A stretch of DNA of 36,087 nucleotides from Nanobdellota archaeon. Lineage in GTDB: Archaea; Nanobdellota; Nanobdellia; UBA10117; ARS21. The stretch spans positions 1 through 36,087 of the forward strand of contig JAAZWY010000004.1 of NCBI GenBank assembly GCA_014240455.1, given 5' to 3'. How positions within the stretch are numbered: position 1 is the stretch's first letter; each line of letters opens with the position of its first letter. The translations under genes and the position numbers were made by a program. The notes below the pieces were generated by a model, which worked only from the letters and a program-made list of their open reading frames with translations, ran no database searches and was not told the DNA's origin. Below, one piece after another: positions 28,949 through 36,087 of the stretch.

Positions 28949-29588
28949 AATAATTGTTGATCATAGAGAGAATAAAGGTCAGTTACCTCGATTTCTTTAT
29001 GAAAAAGATATTCAAATAGAGACTAAAGCTTTGGAGGTCGGAGATTTTATTCTTTCAAATGAATGTGTTGTAGAATTAAAGAAAGTTCCAGATTTTGTGA
29101 ACTCATTAGTTGACGGTAGATTATTTACTCAGGCGAAAGAATTGCGTGAAAACTTTCAGAAACCGCTTTACATTATCGAAGGAGATATGAGAGAGATATT
29201 TGAAATTCGTAACGTTCATCCGAATGCTATTCGTGCAGCAATGCTTTCATTAACACTTGACTATCAAATTCCTTTTTTGTTTGCACACGATACTGAGGAA
29301 ACTGTTAACTTATTAATCTCTCTCGCAAAACGAGAACAGTTAGATAATAATAAAGAAATCTCACTTCGAGGTTCAAAAAGAACTTGGACTGTAGAAGAGC
29401 AGCAACAATTTTTAGTTGAAGGTTTACCATTAGTTGGGCCAAAATTAGCGAAATCTTTGTTAAAAGAATTTAAATCACCAATAACTTTATTGAATGCAAC
29501 TGAAGAAGATTTAATAAAAATTGATAAATTAGGTCCAAAGAAAGCAAAACTTATTCGTGAGCTTTTGGATGCTAAAGGTGAACATTAA
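28938..29588 (+). CDS. ERCC4/XPF-family nuclease with HhH2 (nuclease half of Hef)
   Basis: IIVDHRE, VGDF, ELKKVPDFVNSLVDGRLFTQ, LPLVGPKLAK and LGPKKAK HhH motifs. Confidence 0.92.
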   Translation: MDLKIIVDHRENKGQLPRFLYEKDIQIETKALEVGDFILSNECVVELKKVPDFVNSLVDGRLFTQAKELRENFQKPLYIIEGDMREIFEIRNVHPNAIRAAMLSLTLDYQIPFLFAHDTEETVNLLISLAKREQLDNNKEISLRGSKRTWTVEEQQQFLVEGLPLVGPKLAKSLLKEFKSPITLLNATEEDLIKIDKLGPKKAKLIRELLDAKGEH

Positions 29589-30403
29589 ACTAACAAACTT
29601 ATTAGAAATCCTAACACGCTACCTGCTGCAATTGGAGGTAGTGCAGGCATTGCTCTGTTTGATCTTTGAGTATTAAGAAGATAATAAACTGTTGCTGCAC
29701 CAATTGTTGCTCCGGCGACAATAAACCAAGCACTCACAATTGAAAACTTCAAAGCACTAACTGCGAAAAATAATGGAAATGCTAAATCTCCGGTTCCCAT
29801 GATAAAAATACCTTGTCCTGGTTTGAATTCATTAGATTTTATATTTATTTTATCGAGTCGTGAAGGAATCATAATTGCAAGTATGACTCCTTTGTTCGCC
29901 ATCCCTTTGAATAATTTTACCATGTGTGAACTTCTATAAACTGCCAGGACATCATAAAATGAGAATGCACCCATTAAAAATAATACTGTCGCAAAACTAA
30001 AACTGAGTCCCAAACTAACTGCAACTCCTGCAATTGTTATTCCAATTGTCAAGTTATGGACTAATAACGATTTGCGTAATATGAATAATGCCAACAAAGA
30101 TAATGTTAAAATATTTGCAAGAAGTGGATTGAAAAACGCTTCAAAAACTAGTTTGCTTCCAATTATGATTAAAAAATAAAAGAAGTATTTGAATAGATTA
30201 AATTTTCCGGAAAATCTTAAAAGTAAAAATAACAAACTGAATGCGATTACAAAGGATAGTAAGGTCATCAGTAAAGGAACTTCTTGAACAACTACAGTTG
30301 AGCCGTTTAATATTTCCAGAGCATTTACTCCAGTAAAAATTCCTAAAATTTGAATTGATAAAAATAAAAATATGTGTGCAATAAATCCGAACAAAGGAAA
30401 CAT
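29585..30403 (-). CDS. Presenilin/SPP-like intramembrane aspartyl protease (A22)
   Basis: YD (FYDVLAVY), GxGD (MGTGDL) and PALP motifs; many TM segments; TATTTATA at -29..-22. Confidence 0.9.
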   Translation of the reverse strand: MFPLFGFIAHIFLFLSIQILGIFTGVNALEILNGSTVVVQEVPLLMTLLSFVIAFSLLFLLLRFSGKFNLFKYFFYFLIIIGSKLVFEAFFNPLLANILTLSLLALFILRKSLLVHNLTIGITIAGVAVSLGLSFSFATVLFLMGAFSFYDVLAVYRSSHMVKLFKGMANKGVILAIMIPSRLDKINIKSNEFKPGQGIFIMGTGDLAFPLFFAVSALKFSIVSAWFIVAGATIGAATVYYLLNTQRSNRAMPALPPIAAGSVLGFLISLLV

Positions 30404-30433
30404 AGCTCTACAATTCAATTAAAGTATAAATAA

Positions 30434-31807
30434 TTACTTGAAACTGAGCATGTTTGACTTTCGAGTCTTCAAATTCATGATCGGAATCATTCCAGGATCG
30501 GGAACATGACCAAATTTTAATTGGAAATCTGTAACGGATTGCCAGCAACTCCCAGAAATTGAAACTGTGTTTTTATAACTCCCAATATTTGCTTTGTGAA
30601 TATGGCCTGAAACCATAATATCTGGAACTTGTGTAATTGCATGAGGATCTTGTTTCATTGGAATTGTCAGATTTAGATTATGTGTTGGACTTAGGTGGCG
30701 ACGCTTCAACAGAAACTTATGAATCTCATCTGCCTTTTCATATCCTCCCGCTAAACGTAAACCTTCGACTTGATCAATTAATCTATCAAATGAGTATCCG
30801 TGATACATCAACACATCTTGACCTTTGTATTTGTCCATTGCGTGAATATTTGTGTATGAGGGATTTGTAACCATGGTGACATTTGGTAATTCAAGAATTG
30901 ATTCAGCATAATCTTTCATTCGTGGTTGAGGTTCTTCCAAACGAACTCCTGAATCGTGATTTCCGGGACAGATTATTATTTGTTTATCATTTGGAACTTT
31001 GGCAAGATATTTTGCAAGTTCCTCATATTGGCCTCGCAAATCTCCAATAGCCAATTCTTTATCTTGTCCAGGAAAAATTCCAACACCGTCAACCAAATCG
31101 CCAGGAATGTAAAAATATTTAGTTTTCTTAGCAATCTCTTTTTGTCGCTCATTTCCAACGTTTCCGCCCAACCAATCAATAAATGTGCCGAATTGTTTAG
31201 GTAGAAACAACTTCGAGCCAACGTGTATGTCTCCCGAAAATACTGCATAAACTTCCTCAGGACTATAATGTATTGGTTGTTGTGGAATATCAGGCAATAT
31301 TATCTCTTGTAGAAACATAACGTCTCTCATAACACGTCCCTTGAAAATAAGGACTTCATCTAGTGTCAAAAACTTAGATTCTTCAATCAAATCATTGTTT
31401 TTTGATGATATGATTATGTCCATTTGACCGCTCAAATCTTCAACAGTTATTTTGATTGTTCCAGTCATCATTCGATTGATATCTGAAACCATTGCAATTA
31501 TAATTTGGTCATCATTACCAAAGCCTTGTTTTGCACGCTCAATTGAAACGGCTGTTGCAGCCTCAGGACGATTAAATAATATGTTCTTCAGTGTTTTATA
31601 GCGTTCACGATAGTGTTCAGTAAAATCAGCAGGAGTGATTTTCTTCTGTTTGTAGTCAAATTCCTTGACTATTTTCAACCTAGCACGCAAATCATCAATC
31701 TTGGGTTTGACTATCACTACTTCTTCTTGTGATGCCTTTTCAATATTTTCTGAAGTAGGTAAAATTCCTTTATCTAACAATTCCTTGATAACTTTTTGAT
31801 TACTCAT
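30434..31807 (-). CDS. DNA polymerase D small (proofreading) subunit DP1
   Basis: OB fold (VEDLSG) plus GDIHVGSK, GDLVDGVGIFPGQ, PGNHD, YHG, LKRRHLSP, GHIH motifs. Confidence 0.95.
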   Translation of the reverse strand: MSNQKVIKELLDKGILPTSENIEKASQEEVVIVKPKIDDLRARLKIVKEFDYKQKKITPADFTEHYRERYKTLKNILFNRPEAATAVSIERAKQGFGNDDQIIIAMVSDINRMMTGTIKITVEDLSGQMDIIISSKNNDLIEESKFLTLDEVLIFKGRVMRDVMFLQEIILPDIPQQPIHYSPEEVYAVFSGDIHVGSKLFLPKQFGTFIDWLGGNVGNERQKEIAKKTKYFYIPGDLVDGVGIFPGQDKELAIGDLRGQYEELAKYLAKVPNDKQIIICPGNHDSGVRLEEPQPRMKDYAESILELPNVTMVTNPSYTNIHAMDKYKGQDVLMYHGYSFDRLIDQVEGLRLAGGYEKADEIHKFLLKRRHLSPTHNLNLTIPMKQDPHAITQVPDIMVSGHIHKANIGSYKNTVSISGSCWQSVTDFQLKFGHVPDPGMIPIMNLKTRKSNMLSFK

Positions 31808-33096
31808 AGCCTTAGTTCGCCCCTCAAATCTTCACTTATAATTTCAGTTAAATCGGTAGGAATTGTGGAATAAATTTCACGAGTACGTCCATGCCTTCCT
31901 TTACTTATCACTCGTGCATTAATCAGGCCTAACATGTCCAATTCGGAAATTAAATCGGAAATTCTTCGTTGTGTCAAAATTGAATTATCATTAACTTTAC
32001 ATAACTCAGCATAAGTTTGATAGATTTCACCTGTGATGAGTTTGTCCGTTTTGTTTTTACTCAAAAGAAATATTGAATAAATTAATAATTTTGATTGATT
32101 TGGTAATGTCTTGACTAGTTCCAGTATTCTATTCTTTTCTATCTTGTCTTCTGCCTCACGGATGTGGTCCATCTTAACTTCTTCTGCTGCAGCTCTTTCA
32201 GCAACCTCTCCTGCAACTCTCAATAAATCAAGGGCTCTACGAGCATCACCATGTTCTTTGGCTGCATAAGCTGCACACTTCGGTAACACTGCTGGATGAA
32301 TTGAATCTTCTACAAACGCTGATGTGGCTCTCTCGCTTAAAATATCTTTTAACTCTAAGGCATTATATGGTGGGAAGATTAATTCTTCTTCACCTAACGA
32401 ACTCTTAACTCGTGGATCAATATTCTCAATAAAACGAACATCGTTTGAAATTCCAATCAAACATAGTTTTGATTTTTTTAGTTCAGAATTGATCCTAGTT
32501 AGACTGTATAGTATTTCGTCACCAGTCTTCTTGACTAATCGGTCAATTTCATCCAATACTAAAATTACAACTTGTTCTTGTTCATCAAGTTTTTTCAAGA
32601 AAATATTATACACTTCATCGGTCGGTAATCCTGTGACAGGTACTTTCGCCCCTAATTCTTTTGCAAGTGATGCGATGACTCGATATTCTGTGTCTGCAAC
32701 CTTCTTCAATTTACAATTCAAGTAGGCAAACCGTAAGGCAGAGTCGGTTCCTTTAACTCGCTCAACAATTCTGTTAAGAGTGTGTAATACACAAAGCGTT
32801 TTTCCAGTTCCCGTTTTTCCGTATACGAAAATATTTGAAGGTCTGTCATTTCTGAGTGCAGGTGCTAAAATCATTCCTAGTTTTTTGATATGTTCGCCAC
32901 GGTGGGGAATTATTTTAGGAACGTGCCGAATTGATAAAACATCTTTATTGATAAAAATTGATTTTTTTGATACGAAATCATCAAATAAATCATCTAATTC
33001 ATCTCGCTCTCGAGCAGTAGTTGGTATCTTAATTGCTTCAGTATCTTGTTTTTCTTCAGATGAAGAACCGTCCAATTTAGTTTGAGGATCACTCAT
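31804..33096 (-). CDS. cdc6: Orc1/Cdc6 replication initiator
   Basis: YGKTGTGKT, LDEID, DPRVKSSL, FPPYNA, HGDARRALDLLR, and wH SKGRHGRTR. Confidence 0.97.
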   Translation of the reverse strand: MSDPQTKLDGSSSEEKQDTEAIKIPTTARERDELDDLFDDFVSKKSIFINKDVLSIRHVPKIIPHRGEHIKKLGMILAPALRNDRPSNIFVYGKTGTGKTLCVLHTLNRIVERVKGTDSALRFAYLNCKLKKVADTEYRVIASLAKELGAKVPVTGLPTDEVYNIFLKKLDEQEQVVILVLDEIDRLVKKTGDEILYSLTRINSELKKSKLCLIGISNDVRFIENIDPRVKSSLGEEELIFPPYNALELKDILSERATSAFVEDSIHPAVLPKCAAYAAKEHGDARRALDLLRVAGEVAERAAAEEVKMDHIREAEDKIEKNRILELVKTLPNQSKLLIYSIFLLSKNKTDKLITGEIYQTYAELCKVNDNSILTQRRISDLISELDMLGLINARVISKGRHGRTREIYSTIPTDLTEIISEDLRGELRL

Positions 33097-33098
33097 GG

Positions 33099-33114
33099 AA
33101 GTTCCATAAGAAAC
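33099..33114 (+). repeat. ORB-like box, copy 1 (AAGTTCCATAAGAAAC)
   Basis: Exact 16-bp match to 33342-33357; resembles the ORB core GTTCCAnTGGAAAC. Confidence 0.75.
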
Positions 33115-33210
33115 CGACCTTAAAATACTTTATCCACTTGAGAATCTAAAAAAATCAACAAAAACGCAATACGTTGCCTTTATACTTTTAAATTTGTTTA
33201 TAATATATTA

Positions 33211-33240
33211 CCCTCCTACCCCTTTATTTCCAATAGAGAC
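33211..33240 (-). repeat. ORB-like box with G-string
   Basis: Minus strand reads GTCTCTATTGGAAATAAAGGGGTAGGAGGG: ORB-like core followed by a G-string. Confidence 0.75.
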
Positions 33241-33341
33241 TGTTTTTGAATTATAAAAATAAAAATTTTATATATATTATATATTATTATTTTCAATATA
33301 GAAAAGAAAGAAAAGATAAAAATGAAAATCAAATAATAAGC

Positions 33342-33357
33342 AAGTTCCATAAGAAAC
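33342..33357 (+). repeat. ORB-like box, copy 2 (AAGTTCCATAAGAAAC)
   Basis: Exact repeat of 33099-33114, flanking the AT-rich core. Confidence 0.75.
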
Positions 33358-33372
33358 ATAGGACTCAGAGTC

Positions 33373-33699
33373 TCATTTAGAAATTTCTTTAAGACGCTTC
33401 AAAACGCGAGTATCTTTTTTTGGTTCAGCCTTCTCATCAAGTGCAAACACAACCCTACGTACTCCTTCACCCCAAGAATAATCACCGGGAATATTCTCAA
33501 CTTTATCAATTTTGAAAATACCAAGCTCAACACCTTTATTCAAATGATAGTAAATTGAACGCATAGTTGTTTTATGAAAAACTTGAATATATTTTTTATA
33601 CAATTCATAACCATACCCTTTTCCAACAAAGAACAAAAGCTCAACAAGATTATCTCTTATCGGACTAAATGCTGGTCGACCACGAGCTACCTTTTCCAT
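33373..33699 (-). CDS. Winged-helix (PadR-like) DNA-binding protein adjacent to the origin
   Basis: RGRP N-terminal arm, GYGYELYKKY, TMRSIYYHLNKGVELG recognition helix, then a beta-wing. Start 33699 or 33702; TTTAAATA at -30..-23 from 33699. Confidence 0.75.
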   Translation of the reverse strand: MEKVARGRPAFSPIRDNLVELLFFVGKGYGYELYKKYIQVFHKTTMRSIYYHLNKGVELGIFKIDKVENIPGDYSWGEGVRRVVFALDEKAEPKKDTRVLKRLKEISK

Positions 33700-33721
33700 C
33701 ATATACTTTTTCACACAATCA

Positions 33722-33729
33722 TATTTAAA
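33722..33729. promoter_or_regulatory. Candidate shared bidirectional TATA box (wHTH gene / DP2)
   Basis: TATTTAAA is -29..-22 from ATG 33751; its complement TTTAAATA is -30..-23 from ATG 33699. Confidence 0.55.
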
Positions 33730-33750
33730 CATCGTCATAATGAAATTAGC

Positions 33751-36087
33751 ATGTCAAATATCGTCGCAGCCAAACATATCAAAGAATACTTTTCAACATT
33801 AAAATCAAAAACGCTAGAAATACACGATATCGCAAACAAAGCAAGAAAAGTCGGAATTGATCCACAAACTAAGTGCGATATACCAATTGCAGCATCTGTT
33901 GCAGAAAGAGTAGAAGCAATTATGGGATCCATTTCTACAAATTTAATCGGAAGTGGAATCGTTGAACGAATAAGTGAACTGGAGAAACAGTACGGTTTCG
34001 GAGATTGGCGAGCAGCACTAGTTTTGGCAGATGAAATAAGTTCAGAAAAATTCTGCAAATTCGAAGACAGAATAACTGCAATAAATATCGGAATTCGAAC
34101 AGGCTTTGCATATATTACGCAAGGTGTAGTCTCTGCACCTCTTGAAGGATTAATCAATGTAAAATTCAAAAAACGGAAAGACGGCAAAGACTATCTGGCA
34201 CTCTATTATGCAGGACCAATTCGTGGAGGTGGTGCAACAGCCTCAGCAGTAACCACTGTAATTGCAGATTATGTACGAATCAAACAAGGCATTGAAAAAT
34301 ATGACCCCACTGAACAAGAAATCAAACGAATGTATACCGAAGTTATGGATTATTATGAACGTGTAGAACGAAAACAATACAAGCCAACTGAACAAGAAAT
34401 CAAACACATAATTTCAAATCTTCCGGTTGAATTAGATGGTGACCCAACTTCAGAATTAACAGTATCAAATTACAAAGGTCTTCAAAGAATTGAAACAGAT
34501 CGAATTCGTGGAGGCGTGGCACTAATGCTGACAGATGCACTTCCACTAAAAGGTGCAAAAGTAATGAAGAAATTAAATGAATGGGGTGCAGAATTCAAAC
34601 TTGATTGGCAATGGTTAAATGACTATCAAGACATGAAAAAGAAAATTCATGCAAAAACTTCAGAAACTGAAAGCGATTCTGACGACAACAAACTAAAACC
34701 AAATTACTCTTACATTGCAGAAATTGTTGCAGGAAGACCAGTCTTCACACATCCGTTGAGACATGGAGGTTTCAGACAAAGATATGGAAGATCAAGATTA
34801 ACAGGTCACGGGTCTTGGGCAATATCTCCAATAACTATGCAAGTATTAAACAACTATTTGGCGGTCGGAACACAATTAAGAGTTGAAAGACCTGGAAAAT
34901 CTACTTCACTTACTTCTTGTGATTCAATAGAAGGACCAATTGTAAAACTAAAAGATGGATCAGTACACAAACCTAAAACTGAGGAAGAAGCAAAAGAAAT
35001 TACAAAAGACATAATTGAAATATTATATCTCGGAGACATACTAGTTTCTCCAGGAGAATTCACAGAAAACGGACATTTTCTAGTACCCGCAGGGTATTGT
35101 CCAGAATGGTGGTCACTGGAATTAAAGAAAGCGATAGATAACAATCCAGAAATAACACATAACTTATCAGAGGATTTTTTCAACACATTCATTCCTCCAG
35201 AAATCAATATAGAAACGGCAATAAACTTATCTAAAGATTTCAAGATCCCATTACATCCCAAATTCACATTCTATATGAATGTCCTCAATGAAAAAGAAAA
35301 AATCCAACTCCAGAATTACTTAAAATCAGAAATGCTTGCAGATTCATCCAATAAAAGATTACTTGAATTAATTGGATGCCCACACACAATAAAGGACAAC
35401 AAACTTATCCTAACAAGATTAAATCAAAAGATTTTGGAAACACAATTCAAAACAGACATAAAATTCAGAGACAAATTTGGAACAAGCATTGGTGCAAGAA
35501 TGGGTCGACCCGAAAAAGCAAAAATGAGAGATATGAAAGGTTCACCAAACTTCTTATTTCCCGTTGGAAATGAAGGCGGACGTTTAAGATCTTTTAACGA
35601 AGCAATTAAAGTTGGACATGTTACTGCTGATTTCCCAATAATAAAATGTCTGGATTGCAATAAGTCAACAATCTTCCAAAAATGTGAACACTGTAATTCC
35701 GATAACACCGAACAAAAATATATCGATTACAAAACAAAGAAGAAATACGATACTCCAGAAACTCCAAGCTGCGTTCCTTATGAAAGGAAAAAATATGAAT
35801 TACCTGAACTATCAAAGAAAATCAAAAAAGAATGGAACGGACCATTTCCCAAACTGATTAAAGGTGTACGAGCAACAATGAACAAATTCCGTTACGTTGA
35901 ACATCCTACAAAAGGATTGCTTCGTGCAAAACACTCACTACGTGTAAACAAAGATGGAACAGTAAGGTACGATGCAACAGAATTAGGCACAACACACTTC
36001 ACACCAAAAGAGATAGGACTTTCAATAAAGAAAGCACACAAATTAGGATATAAAAAAGACATACATAATCAACCCTTAATTGAAACA
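33751..36087 (+). CDS. polC: DNA polymerase D large subunit DP2 (3'-truncated by window)
   Basis: Frame from ATG 33751: ARKVGIDP, TQGVVSAPLEG, YYAGPIRGGG, GRPVF..P..HGGFRQRYGRSR, GTQLRVERPGK, IGARMGRPEKAK, NKDGTVRYD. Not in ORF track because it runs off the end. Confidence 0.97.
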   Translation, partial: MSNIVAAKHIKEYFSTLKSKTLEIHDIANKARKVGIDPQTKCDIPIAASVAERVEAIMGSISTNLIGSGIVERISELEKQYGFGDWRAALVLADEISSEKFCKFEDRITAINIGIRTGFAYITQGVVSAPLEGLINVKFKKRKDGKDYLALYYAGPIRGGGATASAVTTVIADYVRIKQGIEKYDPTEQEIKRMYTEVMDYYERVERKQYKPTEQEIKHIISNLPVELDGDPTSELTVSNYKGLQRIETDRIRGGVALMLTDALPLKGAKVMKKLNEWGAEFKLDWQWLNDYQDMKKKIHAKTSETESDSDDNKLKPNYSYIAEIVAGRPVFTHPLRHGGFRQRYGRSRLTGHGSWAISPITMQVLNNYLAVGTQLRVERPGKSTSLTSCDSIEGPIVKLKDGSVHKPKTEEEAKEITKDIIEILYLGDILVSPGEFTENGHFLVPAGYCPEWWSLELKKAIDNNPEITHNLSEDFFNTFIPPEINIETAINLSKDFKIPLHPKFTFYMNVLNEKEKIQLQNYLKSEMLADSSNKRLLELIGCPHTIKDNKLILTRLNQKILETQFKTDIKFRDKFGTSIGARMGRPEKAKMRDMKGSPNFLFPVGNEGGRLRSFNEAIKVGHVTADFPIIKCLDCNKSTIFQKCEHCNSDNTEQKYIDYKTKKKYDTPETPSCVPYERKKYELPELSKKIKKEWNGPFPKLIKGVRATMNKFRYVEHPTKGLLRAKHSLRVNKDGTVRYDATELGTTHFTPKEIGLSIKKAHKLGYKKDIHNQPLIET

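Larger units (their letters stand above)
33097..33372. other. Probable chromosomal replication origin (oriC) with ORB-like elements and AT-rich unwinding element
   Basis: Longest intergenic gap in the window, directly upstream of cdc6. Contains three ORB-like boxes; 33241-33340 is 90% AT. Confidence 0.8.

Noticed and set aside
33099-33357. 16-bp direct repeat as a CRISPR remnant or att site
   Set aside because: Only two copies 243 bp apart, too short, no cas or integrase gene; ORB-like sequence and cdc6 context explain it better.
33735-35815. ORF-track entries at 33735, 34854, 35376, 35424 and 35621
   Set aside because: They overlap the continuous DP2 reading frame, which the track omitted because it has no stop in the window.

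Overview
Low-GC, very compact archaeal core-genome segment. It is most consistent with a DPANN (Nanoarchaeota/Woesearchaeales-like) genome; this is inferred from gene content, not from a database search. It is dominated by replication and repair genes: RPA, RadA, RadB, a HerA-like ATPase, PolB, topoisomerase IA, a split Hef helicase/ERCC4 nuclease pair, PolD DP1 and DP2, and Orc1/Cdc6. It also carries translation genes (ArgRS, CysRS, SerRS, MetAP, four tRNAs) and proteolysis genes (Cdc48, LonB, PepA, presenilin-like and A24 peptidases). Most notable: (1) a probable replication origin at 33097-33372 with ORB-like boxes and a 90% AT core between cdc6 and a winged-helix gene/DP2; (2) an intron-containing tRNA-Ile with the rare UAU anticodon; (3) TATA boxes about 30 nt upstream of all four mature tRNA 5' ends and nearly all first start codons, suggesting leaderless transcripts and possibly no need for RNase P; (4) a non-canonical histone-fold/coiled-coil gene whose stop overlaps the polB start; (5) small genes missed or mis-started by the ORF track. 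No CRISPR array, rRNA or mobile element was seen.
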